Assembly (NCBI GenBank): GCA_965113315.1
Contig: OZ220371.1
Source of the DNA: Podarcis vaucheri
Lineage: Eukaryota
DNA length: 64,000 nucleotides
Strand: one strand, 5' to 3'
This document shows positions 51,431 to 64,000 of this stretch, in pieces. The translations under genes were made by a program, and so were the position numbers. Position 1 is the stretch's first letter. Each line of letters starts with the position of its first letter. The notes below the pieces were generated by a model. The model worked only from the letters and a program-made list of their open reading frames with translations. It had not been told where the DNA came from and ran no database searches.

Positions 51431-53529
51431 GTTGCTTTGAGAGCACAGGCAGTAAAGGACTTGCCCTCTATCTCTGTGTTGCTTTTGACATGCAAAAGCT
51501 TAATATTCCTGAATTTCATTGCTTTGCAAATCTAGGCGCAGTAGGATTGTTAAACAGGACAGGTCTGCACATTATAACAGCTGCAGTGAAACACCTTTTT
51601 CCCAAAGCAGATGTTGACATTTGGATATCGTACAAGCATGCCTGTGCACAAATATATGGCAAGGGAGCCTATTGTGTTTGCACAGGTTGGTGTTGCCAAT
51701 GCATTGCAACGATGGTGAACTGCAGCATAAAGGGTTCCTTCCATCTCCCACCCCCCATCAGTCTTCAGTATGGAATGTAAACATTCCTTTGATATACACA
51801 CATTTTTGAATGTATAAGTTTTCTATCTTTTGGGTGGTCTTGAGTGTGTGATCCCCTCCCCATCTGCCATTGATGCCTTGCTTTTGTGAACCTATCACCT
51901 TTCTTACATGAATGTAAAGATGAAGTCATATATGTATGTTTGATATACATATGTCTTTGCTGCAATCAGTATTGTAATTGTGGGTTGTTCGGTTTTTTGC
52001 AGTGGTTGTAATGTGAGAGCTTTACAACCCTTATAGCAGATTGTAAAAACACTATATAAAGTGCTTTCTTGGCCAGCCAGAAGATGGCATACTTGCACAC
52101 TACAATACTTTTCTGCATAATTGAAAGATCTGTATTCTGCTGTGGTACAGCTATAATAAAAATGAAATTTAATAATAATAAACAAAATGCAGAGCTTATT
52201 TTTATGAGGTACAGGATCTTTAACAAGGCACTGTATTCTGACGGTTTCTCCAGCATATAATAACGATGTAAATGGTCCTACAAAAGGTCAGAAGGAAGCC
52301 CCACTTCTGGTATTTTAACATAAAAGTATTAAAAAGATTTGGGGACTTACTGGTGGTTGAGGCAGGGCATCTGTTGGCAGCAAGCTGCTGCTTTCGGAAG
52401 GTGATGGGTATATATGAGCAGGAGTTGAGGTAATATGCTCATCACTGTGTACTTCATGCAGTCCTTGACCAATATATAAATTTTACAGGGACAAAGCTTC
52501 CTGTTGCCTTTGTTTAGACTATAAAAACAGCATCACTTTGTGAATGAACTCCAGTTCTGTATTTCTTGCTCCCAGTTAACACCTATCATCATCACATTCT
52601 GAATCCCAGTATATTAAATCCCACAGCTGGATATCCTAAAATTAGGGGTGCAGAGAGGATTGCATTTCATTTACTTTGAATGTGCTTTTACCATGTAGGT
52701 AAAAAAAGCAGACATCACAGGAGAGACACCTAGTTAGCTGACAATATAGTCACAACATGATTGCAGTATGAGATGTGGTTCGTTATAATAGTTCCATGTA
52801 ATCAGTAAATTATAAAATAAGCCGGCAAGCCAGTCATTAAGTGCTGACTTGAATATGGTGGTGTGCTTGGGCGTTTCATTTTTTGTCCACAGAGTTTATT
52901 GACTAGGAATGCTTGTAAGCTAGTTTGTATTATTGCTGGGGAAAACATCTCCCCCTATGAAATAGAACAGAAAAAGAAGATAAGAATAGCTGCCCTTAAG
53001 TATGTTACACCAATAGGTCTTGAGATGAAATCAGTCCCAGATAAGTTTTACCCAGATCTTACTGTATATTTTCTCACTTGAAAAAGCTAGCGTCTCGCAC
53101 ATTCATGCTGTAGCCTTTTCTAAACTTTCTAACCTGAGGCCGTTAATCAACTTCAGCATCATCCACAGAGACAGAGATCAAGGAACAAGCCATGTACTAT
53201 TAACGGTACATAGCGTCATACGTATTATCTCATTCGCTGGCACATTAGGTAACAAAGTGTTTTTGCTTAGAGCTTCCATTACAATCAAGCAGTTTATAAA
53301 AGTTGTGAAATAAATAAAAATATGCATTTGTTCCACTTTCATGCTATATTTGGTTTCTCCCTAAGACTACTTACGAGGGACAATGGGTATCCTTTGCTGG
53401 AGATATATGACTACATTGTAAGATGGCCTCACAAGGGAGTCATCACAGTTGCCAATCTATGCAAAATCCAAGCACAGTTGAGATGTAGAGAGCTAAGGAC
53501 TTTATCTTTTAATAACATTAATTTTATTA

Positions 53530-53771
53530 CAGTGGTACCTCGGGTTGCATACGCTTCAGGCTACATACGCTTCAGGTTACAGACTCCGCTAACCCAGAAA
53601 TAGTACCTCGGGTTAAGAACTTTGCTTCAGGATGAGAACAGAAATCGTGCTCTGGCGGCGCGGCAGCAGCAGGAGGCCCCATTAGCTAAAGTGGTGCTTC
53701 AGGTTAAGAACAGTTTCAGGTTAAGAACGGACCTCTGGAACAAATTAAGTACTTAACCTGAGGTACTAATG
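53530..53771. mobile_element. pogo-like MITE family A, copy 3
   Basis: Same interior as the 30508 and 31524 copies; TA flanks. Confidence 0.9.
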
Positions 53772-55148
53772 TATTGTTATTATTTTGGTACTATGATCAG
53801 GCAAATTATTCCGCAATGTGAAAACAAAGAGCCTCAGCTATATATTTCTTTGTCTTTTAAAATGGACACTGATTGGATTTTTAAAACACTATCCAAAATA
53901 CCTTAGGGTACAGTGTGTAGTAATGCAGTTACTGCAAGGCTGTCAGATTCATTGTCAAATAGTATTCTGAATCCAGGGATCAGATAAATTAGGTTTTAAT
54001 TGGGTTTTAAGGCTAAGCGGAATAAGTAGATAAGGTTGAATTAGACAGAGAGACATTAATGCAATGAAACCCCTGGTTACTTTTAGTCTATTGTATTAAA
54101 GACCATGCCCTATATCATTGATAGGAGATGTCATGCTAGAGCTGAGAGAGATTGGCATTGATAGGTAGAAACAAACAGTGGTTCTAATGTAATCATGTTA
54201 CCTTGAACACTGGAAATCCCAGGAAATGGGCAAGCCCATGTTGGTTACTCTATAGTATTTCAAAACCAAAACCAAATTAAGTTTCACAATGCCGGTAGGG
54301 GACCATTTGAGCAGAGAATTAAGGTTTTCTTTTCTTTCTTGAAAGAAGGCAAAATAAATTACTGCTTACTCTGAAAGGATAGTAACATTAGCCTATTTAT
54401 CTCACTTATTAACAAGCTTATGATGTTTTTTTAACAGTGCCAAATGTAATTTTCATTGCAGACATGACCTTTTTCCTAATAACCTCATTTTGTCTTTCAT
54501 TTAGCTTTTACGTAGACATGTTCAAATGACTGAAATTTAAATAAGGCTGTAAAACTCAAAGCACTGAATTAACTCCGTATTCCATTAGTCAAGTTAAAAT
54601 ATCTATCTGTTAAGAATTGCAACTAAGCAGTGCTTTACATGCAGAAGGGGTTGGTGCTGGCCAGCATTTGTATTTGTAAATCATCTCTTTAAATGGATTA
54701 TTTGGCAAAATGTCTGTCTGGGTAGTAAACATTTGTTGTTTTCCACTTGGGAAAAAAGAAAGGGGGAAAAATACATATATTCGGAAGAATCCAGTTAGCA
54801 AATGAGTGTTCATAGAGTGGCACATGTACAGAAAGGATGCCTCTCTGCAACCTCCACACTTACATCATGGTACTTGAGCTGGCTGTGTGTTTGTTGATCC
54901 ATACTTAATAAGGGTTGTATGTACCCTTGTCTACCAGATGGTCTGTGTCCTCAACTTTGATAGTACCCATCAGCTGGTGTGAAAGGGCTGAATCTACGCC
55001 CTTCACCCGACTGGTGATCAGTGCACCTGACTTGACTGCACCAAGTCAAGTGATATGCAGTATAATAAGGACCCAGGCTGCTGCTTTAAAATTTGCCCAT
55101 GTCTTGATATCATTAGTATCTGATGTGCTGGGAAAGCTGATGGGGCCA

Positions 55149-55420
55149 GGAACATAGGAAGCTGTGTTATACTGAATCAGACCACTGGACCATCTAGCTT
55201 GGTATCATCTACACCAGCTGGTAGCAACTCTCTCTTTAGTTGAGATTCCTGCATTGCAGGGGGTTGGACTAGATGACTCTTGGGGTCCCTTCCAACGCTA
55301 CAATTCTACGATTCTCTGAGACATGGGGCACTCCCAGCCGTAACTGGAGGTGCTAGGGATTCAGCCTGCGACTTTCTGCATGCCAAGCAAATGCTCTGCC
55401 ACTGAGCTGCAGCCATCCAC
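55149..55420 (-). mobile_element. tRNA-derived SINE (minus strand) with a short + strand CR1 3' end inserted at about 55236-55316
   Basis: Minus-strand box A (gcagctcagtggcagagca); internal gcagggggttggactagatg...ccaacgctacaattctacgattct. Confidence 0.7.
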
Positions 55421-55508
55421 TGTTCATTTTCATGGCTTAAACAAGCAGTGACTTCCAAGTTCATTCATGCTGTTCTCAAAAGGAAGGGAACTTCCTGTTC
55501 CCTTAAGG

Positions 55509-55852
55509 CAGTGGTTCTCAAAGGGTGTGGCACGCCACACTGTTGTGATAGGAGAAAATGGCAAGTGTGGTGGAAAGATTTGAAGATGATCAAAGAAACA
55601 TTTTAACATTCCAGCATAGCATAAAGGTAAAGGTAAAGAGACCCCTGACCATTAAGTCCATTGTTTTATACTTTCTGGATGTCCCATGATCATCATATGA
55701 AGTAGTTGTGTTACATGTTATAAATAAAGCACTGCTATGAGTTATTTCTTTTTGTTTTCCAATGTATTTCTTATCAAGAAAAAAATCATTGTGGCACAAG
55801 AAAATTTTTATTCTGAAAATGAGGTGCAGAGAAAAAAGTTTGAGAACCACTG
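55509..55852. mobile_element. hAT-Charlie-like MITE with a short Sauria SINE tail fragment inside (about 55623-55660)
   Basis: CAGTGGTTCTCAAA...TTTGAGAACCACTG; degenerate 8-bp TSD. Confidence 0.75.
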
Positions 55853-57687
55853 CTTTAGGAGTAGTGATGATGAGAACCATCAACCTCAAACCTTGATTAA
55901 GCAACCAGTGAAGTATCATACAGTGGAGTTAGCCATTAGGTCTGAACAAATAGGATCTGCAACAAAAGTTCACAATGTATAATCATATGCTCCTATTCAG
56001 GTTTCAGAACTGGTCAGTCACATGTTGTCTGCTAGGATACAATGACTTCACCTTCTCCCCCAAAAGAAAGTTTTCCAGCTTACTTTTCTGACATTCAGCA
56101 TTGTGGGGCTCCTGAACAAGCTCAGTCCTCATTCTCCTGTTTTGAAGTGTTGCTGTTTTGATACTTTGGATCTTAAAATAATAATCATGCAACACCCCCC
56201 CCCCATTCTGATAACCCTGTATAGTTTCTCAGTGGCACTGTTTTGCCTCCATTTTTAATTTCTGTTTGCTATTACAGGAAGTAATGCATGCCTGTAATGA
56301 AGATCAGACACATTTTGCCAGAGACTGAGAATAATTAAGGATGGGAAAAAGTGTTTATTGAAGAGAGTTCAGATTACATGCAAAACGACCTTCAAAATAC
56401 TGCTTTGATATTATGGCATAAAGAGGAATTAGTGTGTATGTGTGTGGAAAGTGTCATCTAATCCAGTTTTTCATTTTGTATCTCCAAGGTACCCCAAGCA
56501 GATGGTTGTTTGATCTCTTCTTGGAAATCTCTGAATCATGGAGACTCTGTAGCCTTCTTATGTATTCTGCGAGTAATGCTAAATAGCCTTGGCATAACTT
56601 GGATCAAATTCTGATCCAAGAAAATCTCAAGCGTGCTTCCCCTTCTTAAACCTTGATTGTATACCATGGAATTGTTTGTACTTGATAATTTAAGAGATAA
56701 GGCTGCCATATTACTAGGGCTCAAGGTGAGTGGTTAAGCTGTGTTAAAGTTATGCAAGTGAAAATGCTAATTGTCCACTATTCTTAATATTCAGTCAGTA
56801 AAATCCATGACCCGCTATAGGTATGTGATAACAGTAGACTTTATCTGAGCGATCCACACACATCCATTGTAGAGGTAGCAGACAATAAAACTTGAAGGCT
56901 CATTAGCTTGGAATGACCCAGCTGTGTTTTATGCATAGGGGTCATTTCTTTACTAATGAGCCACTAAACCAGATGGCTAACCCCACAGTAGTCTAACTGC
57001 ATTAGTTTGATTTAGCTCTTTAGGCAAATTACTTCAGGGAACAAAAGTACTCAGCCTTTGAAAGCCTCATAGGTAGATGTGAGATGGCTGTTACCTTATT
57101 TATACAAACCATCCACTCATTTGGGTAGAAATACATAGCATAATGATGATAGTACCTTGTAGCTATAATGGTCCATGGGCTGCCTGAGAGTTGCTTTTTG
57201 AATAATGCCATTCTACAGCTGGTTCCTGGGTGGTAAGATGGGAAGTTAATCCATGCATTATGCTTATCACATGGCCTGTGTTACTGCTTCTTATGTCTCA
57301 CATAGTGATTTGGTGGTGGTAATCGTAATGTGCTAATATTGGCCCACTAGGGCCCTTTCAGATTTGTATAGAATTGTACAGAATATAGGATGTTGGCTCT
57401 ATCAAAGCTAGGCAAGAGAAATTTGTTTTGTTTTTTTTTGAAGTTTTATTACATCAGTATGCAGTGTGAATGAGTGATTTATACTTCTTCTTACTCAGTT
57501 GTTCAGACAGGTTCCTTCAGGACACTGTTGCCTTGGCAGTTCAGACAACCATTTTCACCTTCTCGTGGTTGATTGTTTTGATTATGATTTGCCACATCAT
57601 TGTCATCAGGATCGGCCATTGCCATCTTCAGATTTATGTGAATATTGCACTCTGTAGGCCAGAAGGATTCATTATTATGCTTCTTAT

Positions 57688-57719
<32 letters not shown>

Positions 57720-58973
57720 CTTCCAGATGAGTTGTGTACAACTGGTAGGAGAGTAATATGTGTAGATATGCTTGTTTTTCACCAGTGTCTATTTAGCGCT
57801 CTGAATACACTTTAAAAGATTGTGCATATTGGCCAGAGAATGTACTCTAAATATGTACATGTTCCCCAAGTCCTGTTGAATATTATTTATATTGACTGGG
57901 AAATGTGCACAGTTCCCTCTTTGTAGACAGATATGTACACATCTACCATGAAGTACGGTGAATATCCACAATGGCTGGTTGTTAATGTACATTTATCTAG
58001 CATATGTATAGTGAAAAAGTTGGTATTTTACTGCTGCCTTAAATGGAATTGCACTATCCAGCTGTATGATGTGCTAAGCATTGGCATGTCTGTCTGTCTG
58101 TCTGCTAGCTCGCTTAACAAATATCAAACTGGAAATAGATTTCTGTTTCTGAAAACCATATGGTACTCAGTAAAGGCAGATTGTAATTTTGATCTAAAGA
58201 GGGTAAATTCAAGGCAGAGTTCTTCTCCTTTGACTTCCAGATCTGAACTGTTTTAAAACTTTCAGATTCATATTAGATATGATGGCAATGAAAATGTTCA
58301 AGGCCATTTCTGTTTATAAACAACACATATCTGATTTTACAGCTTGGCTTATCTAAGGAACAACAAATGCAGAATTTTGTTCAGCTTCACTGATTGCTTA
58401 ACCAAGTGCTGCTTCTTATAGGATATTTTGTGTTCAGGTAGAGATATACACAAAGAGTGCTGGTTATGAAGAGTGCACTCACATATAAATTATTTTCCTA
58501 CCAATTAAAATTCATTAAGTCCCCACTCCCCCAATGATTGATTAGTTCAAGATTTAGTTGATTGATTGGCTGGTTAAACAGATGAAAGCTTGCAGCTATG
58601 GATAATACATATTTATGGGAAGGCTAATACTTTGCTAAAGAAGAATCAAAATGTTTACTTACCAAACAAAAGATGTGTTCCAGCCACTGAATTTATTTTC
58701 CTGACAAATGGATTAATATTGCAGAAAGAAGAGCGAGGACTGCATCCATATGGTTAAAAATGTGCATTTCAAGAACAATTGATTCATAAGTTGATACTCC
58801 TACCAGTTCAGAGGCAATAAAGCAATATACTTTGCCCATAATAATAGGATTGACGATGGGTGAACCCTTCAGTTGATTGTTGATCATATAAATAGTTGTG
58901 TGATTCAGCATAGACAAGGGAAATTGCACAGTCTCCTCCCTCAAAAGAATTATGAATGGATTTTGAAATGGAG

Positions 58974-59018
<45 letters not shown>

Positions 59019-59019
59019 G

Positions 59020-59152
59020 CAGGGGTAGGTAATGTAGATAATGTTTGGACTCTGGAAGTCATTAGCCCTAGCCGACCTGGACCAGTGATCAAGAAGGGTG
59101 GATGTTTTGGTCCAGCAACTTCCGGAAGAGGGCACCACATTGTCTACCCCTG
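59020..59152. mobile_element. Degenerate hAT hairpin MITE
   Basis: CAGGGGTAGGTAATGT...ACATTGTCTACCCCTG. Confidence 0.65.
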
Positions 59153-59321
59153 ATGTAAAGGATATAATTTTGCGGTCTACTTCCTCTCACTTTTTTTTAA
59201 AAAAAATGTAACACTAAGCTGAGAAAGAAGTTCTAGTACCAGTATTGCACAATGGGGAAATGCATTGATTCCCACTAACGGGCCTCATCAACTATATATA
59301 GTAGGTGCTCTAAGTGGTTGG

Positions 59322-59758
59322 TGTCACGGTCCGGTTCACAGGCGATCAAAGTCCTGGCTGGGGACGTCAGGACCGGGGGCAAGATGGTGGGGTGGTAGCA
59401 GGAATGGGAGGCCAGAAGCCAGGAGTCAGGAAGCCAAGAGTCTGAGGGTCAGAGAGCCGGGAGGCAAGAAGTCAAGGGTCTGAGGATCAAGAAGCAAGGA
59501 GTCACGAGGTCAGGGGTCCGAGGATCAAGAAGCAAGGAGTCAAACGCAGCAAGGCAGGGAACATGTTGCTGTAGCAAAGAGCAGAAGGGATAATGCTGAC
59601 TTTATACCCCTCCCGGCTCTTGCCATCAGGTGCTGTGAGTTACCAATCAGCCTCACCTGTGTGGCCGCGCCTTGCCTCTTCAGAATGAATTTAGGAATGC
59701 CCCAGTCCTGCTGAGTCCTATTGGTCACAGGACCTGGCTCCTGCACGCACACCTGACA
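59322..59758 (-). mobile_element. Gypsy-like solo LTR, 437 bp
   Basis: TGTCAC...CTGACA; perfect 5-bp TSD GTTGG at 59317-59321 and 59759-59763; minus-strand TATA (gggtataaag); internal direct repeat gaggatcaagaagcaaggagtca. Confidence 0.87.
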
Positions 59759-60406
59759 GTTGGGGAAGCTGCATCCATGTGCTGTTGCCCCAGAATAGAC
59801 AAGGCTACACTATCTGGGGACTGGAGGAGGAAATGCTGAGATGAGGGTGAGAGTGCCCATCTTTTTAGGTGAATCTGGAGTCTGAAGGAGGTGTAAAGAG
59901 ATCCAGATGGGATTTGAGGAAGAAACCAACACTCAGAAACAGAACACATACTTTGCATGCATAAAGCCCTGGTCTTAGTCCCCATGCCTATCCAATTAAA
60001 ATAATCCAGTTACAGGTGATTGAAAAATCTTCTGCCTGAGATGCTGAAGATGTGCTGCTAGGCAAGAATAGATAATATTGGGCTTGTTGGGCAAATAATC
60101 TGAACTGCTCTATGGTAGCTTCCTGCATTCCTGAGAGATGAAGAGAATGGTCCAGATGAGAGTTGGATGGTGGCCTGCTATGAGTGAGAGATGTGGCTCC
60201 CACTCAAGGTAGGTCTGTGATTTGTGACTCACCTTGTTGCATTCAAATCTGCTAACTCTGCATGCAATACACTTGGTATGTTTCAGAGTTTCCTTCCTGC
60301 TGGCTGGTATGATTGCACTTTTTGGAAATTTATATTTGTTGATTTAATAAACTGTTTCTGAAATTATTTTTGCGTTTCTTGATAAGCAGTTCTTCATTAC
60401 TTACTA

Positions 60407-60733
60407 CAGTGGTGCCTCGCAAGACAAAAAGAATCCGTTCTGTGATTCTCTTCGTCTAGCGGTTTTTTCGTCTTGCGAAGCAAGCCCATTGAAGGATTAG
60501 CGGCTTTTAGTGGCTTTTAGCGGCTTATCTGCTGATCGGATCAGCTGATAAGCGGCTTAGCGGCTTAGAAAAAGGGGGGAAGGAAAAAACCCCAGCAGGA
60601 ACTCGCAAGACATTGTCGTCTTGCGAAGCAAGCCCATAGGAGATTTGTTTTGCGAAGCACCTCCAAAACGGAAAACTCTTTCGTCTTGCGAGTTTTCCGT
60701 CTTGCGAGGCATTCGTCTTGCGGGGCACCACTG
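60407..60733. mobile_element. pogo-like MITE family B
   Basis: TA|CAGTGGTGCCTCGCAAGAC...GTCTTGCGGGGCACCACTG|TA. Confidence 0.92.
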
Positions 60734-61674
60734 TATACTGATATTGTTATGTTGTTTGAAATGTTATTTCATGTTTACATTTTTAGATGGAATTGTTACT
60801 GTTGTTGAGATTATGAGGTGTAGCATAGCTGTTGAAAAAATGTGCTAATATCAAATCAAAATCCTGTGAGTCTCAGAATGGAGCATATTGAGTGATGGGG
60901 ATATATGAAACCCTTATAATGCTCACAAAATATTGAGGGCAGGAGCCCCAGATCTGTTTAATATAATCTCTCCATCCAAGCAAATACTACTGTAATAGTT
61001 GTTTTTCTCCCTCAAAGTTCTAATGCTCTGCATCCACAATATATTTAAAATTAGGTGGGCTGAGAGCCTTAGATCTTCTATTAGAAAATGGCCACAAGAA
61101 CATATATCTTACCACAAGTATAGTGTTATAAATTCTTTTAAGAGACTATAATGTAATTGACTTCAAACGAAGAAGGGCAGAACTGCTGATGTTTGCATGT
61201 AATTTTTAATTTCCGTGGTTTTTTTTATTATGTGAGAGAAGCTAAAGTTGGGCTTTCTAGTGACCTGTGGAAAGAACTATTAACAATTCAAAACGGTTCC
61301 CAACTGTTCTTGCTTTGACGACGTCTCTATTTTTCTTTATGGGGTCATTTTCATTTCTCTGACTCCTTTCAAGACTTCATGACACTCAACTGACAAAGCC
61401 CACCTGGAACATAATGCATGAAGGCTCCAGTGAAGGTGTTGGCAGAAGCAAGATGACACTTGGATATTAAATGCAACCTTTCCCTGTCACTTTGTTCTAT
61501 ATTAGACTCATGAATGGCAGCACCAAGCAACACACCTTTTTTCATCTGCCACAAAAAGAGATATTGGTCAACTAAAGTGAGGAGAATCTGTAGAAGTCTT
61601 TCTCCCATCTTTTGTTTTATGGTACTTGGAGATTTATTGCATTCTGTTCCATCATTTTCTTTTAATTCTCTTTA

Positions 61675-62080
61675 AGAGCATAGTAAGAGTCTGCTGGATC
61701 AGGCCAATGGTCTGTCTAGTTCAGGATCCTGTTCTAACAGCAGCCAATCAGTTGCCTGTAGAAGACAGGCAAGTAGAACATGCTCCCCTCTTGTGGCTTC
61801 CAGTAATGGGTATTCCAAAGCATTGCGGCCTCCAACTGTGAAGGTAGAGCCATCATGGGGAGTAGTGCATTGCATGCACAGTTAGCCCTCCATGAATTTG
61901 CCTAATCCTCTTTTAAAGCCATCAAGGTTGGGGTCCATCAATGCCTCCAATGGGGATGAGTTGCATCATAGCTTAACAATATGTTGCATGAAGAAATGCT
62001 TTTATCTGTGCTGAATCTTCCAGCATTCAGCTTCATTGGATGTCTACAAGATCTAGTGTTACAAAGAGAAGGAAAACTTC
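61675..62080 (-). mobile_element. CR1 3' end, degenerate
   Basis: gagtctgctggatcaggccaatggtc..., ctccatgaatttgcctaatcctcttttaaagcc. Confidence 0.75.
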
Positions 62081-62839
62081 ATGTTTCCTTTAGTTTCAGC
62101 CCTACTTTATTCATCTACACTTTCATCTTTATCTTAACAGCGTAGTTATAAAGATTTCTGAGAAAATATGCTTGCCTTATAAATGGTTAATGCTGCTGCT
62201 GCTACTACTACTACTACTAATAAGCTGCTTGAAGTCCAACTTGCTTAATAGCTGATGCTAGTGAATACTATCCCCTGGTCTTAAAAGCAGCAAGTAACTT
62301 TGAAGCTCTTTGTTCACTGCTTACCTAGTTCTGCAAAACAGGAAGATACCTACCACCAATGCTATTTTATTTTATTTTATTGAGGTTCAGTTTTCAACAT
62401 GAAAAGTGGACTTCTGAGATACAGAAGTAAACCATCTTAGAAGTCTCTCACCGTTTGTGTACTTTTGCTTGCAGTCCAGATATAATACTGCTTCAGTGTC
62501 GCTATCCTTTTCCACTGCATGGTCCCCGTCCAGTTGGGAATCACTTAGTTAACATTCTGATGCTACAAAGATAGATATAAGGGCAAACAAAGTCTTCCTA
62601 TTATGCTTACTCTGAATGAGATCATGGAGAGGGAATATGTCTCACAGTCTCTCTTGTCCAGGCAGCTGGTGTTACCATGTGTCCTTGTCCTCACATGCAG
62701 GTTGCATATTCACAGAACATTTGTTTTCAGGCCTTTAGCTCAGAGTCAGAGTGCATCATGGGGAGGGTATACTTAGTGGGGTTTTTTTCCTTAAAAAAAT
62801 GTTTAGGGATACTCTCATTTTCCTACTCATATTGAAATA

Positions 62840-63192
62840 CAGTAGTGCCCCGCAAGATGAATGCCTTGCAAGACGGAAAACTCGCTAGACGAAAGAGTTT
62901 TCCATTTTGGAGGTGCTTCGCAAAACGAATTTCCTATGGGCTTGCTTCGCAAGACGACAATGTCTTGCGAGTTCCTGCTGGTTTTTTTCCCCTCCCCCCT
63001 TTTTCTAAGCCGCTAAGCCGCTTATCAGCTGATCCGATCAGCAGATAAGCCGCTAAAAGCTGCTAAATGCCGCTAATAGCGCTAATAGCGCTAATCCGCT
63101 AATCCGTCAATGGGCTTGCTTCGCAAGATGAAAAAACCGCTAGACGAAGAGAATCACAGAACGGATTCTTTTTGTCTTGCGAGGCACCACTG
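62840..63192. mobile_element. pogo-like MITE family B, inverted relative to the 60407 copy
   Basis: TA|CAGTAGTGCCCCGCAAGA...TCTTGCGAGGCACCACTG|TA. Confidence 0.92.
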
Positions 63193-63705
63193 TACTTCCC
63201 TTCAGTGAGGCCAAACTTAGATTCACAAAATGTTTAGGGGTATGTGTACCCCTGCATACCCCCCAGAAAAGAGCACTGCTTATACTAGTGGTATCAAAGG
63301 GAATTAACAACCACACAACAAAGTTTAGAATTAACTGGCAACTTTGGAGTTAACTCTAAGAGACTGTATTGACAGAAGGGATCTAGTGCCAATTACTGAG
63401 AGAAGAGGCAAGCAGGTGCCAGACTGGCATGTTTAAAGGTTAGACAGAGAAGTTAGGATGTGAATACACATTGTGCTTGAGTGACAGCTAGGATGTGAAA
63501 GAGAGACTCATCCCCAGGAATTGCACTGAATCAGAAGGTTGTCCTCAGCACTTGGAGACCATGGATTACCTGGGCTCTTCCTTGCAAATTCTTAAGACAA
63601 TAAAATACCCTGTATAATCTAGGACTATCTTCCATGAGAAAAGCAGTGATGGGATACTTAGACCTGTATTGTCTGGAACTACTTTTTCAGTGAAGGGAGA
63701 TACAG

Positions 63706-63960
63706 TGGGCTCATTCAGACTTCCTTTTGTGCCACATTTCTAGGCAGAGGTCCGTATTCTATTGCTCTATGTCAAAACACTTTTTGTTTGTTTGTCCTGG
63801 AGCTTTCAGAAAACCCAAATTGCTGTTTGTTCCAGTGCAGCAGTAAAGAACAGGTTTTCCAGGGGAAAACAGTGGGGGGGGGGTTGCTTGGACACAGAGC
63901 TTTAAAACATGGACCTGTGCCTAGAAAGTGTGGGGCAAAATGTAAGTGTGGATGAGTCCA
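63706..63960. mobile_element. Old palindromic non-autonomous DNA transposon, superfamily uncertain
   Basis: gggctcattcagacttccttttgtgccacatttctaggcagaggtcc pairs imperfectly with ggacctgtgcctagaaagtgtggggcaaaatgtaagtgtggatgagtcca. Confidence 0.6.
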
Positions 63961-64000
63961 TAGTTGTGCATCTAGGCACTACATTGCTGTACCCTATTAT

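Noticed and set aside
56278-56731. Possible cryptic exon (acceptors ending at 56277 or 56488, donor AAG|gtgagt at 56725)
   Set aside because: The frame I checked (phase 0 from 56489) hits a stop, there is no similarity to alpha-catenin, and such sites are expected by chance in long introns without RNA evidence.
37328-64000. LRRTM1 coding exon
   Set aside because: No long minus-strand ORF or LxxLxLxxN repeats; it is expected further downstream.

Overview
Vertebrate nuclear DNA, almost certainly a squamate and probably a lacertid lizard (Sauria SINEs, BovB, squamate-type CR1/L2/L1, pogo-like MITEs). The window lies inside the + strand alpha-N-catenin gene CTNNA2. Four internal coding exons (2615-2781, 16675-16794, 19122-19388, 37124-37327; 167/120/267/204 bp, probably exons 4-7 in mammalian numbering) have canonical AG/GT borders and splice in frame. 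From 37328 to the end is the start of the giant intron that in other vertebrates hosts antisense LRRTM1; no LRRTM1 coding sequence is visible here. The rest is intronic and rich in transposons: solo LTRs (several with intact target-site duplications, one nested in another), a decayed IR/DR-type Tc1 transposon, about 10 pogo/Tigger-like MITEs, hAT MITEs with 8-bp TSDs, LINE remnants (L1, L2, CR1, BovB, RTE-X-like), SINEs and microsatellites. I found no convincing new protein-coding system. The most notable observations are structural: three consecutive phase-0 exons bracketed by inverted SINE pairs (candidate stop-free circRNA), a 129-bp duplication around a Sauria SINE, nested LTRs, and a Tc1 with a MITE inserted at its start codon. 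TE family names come from motif recognition, not database searches, and boundaries of degenerate repeats are approximate.
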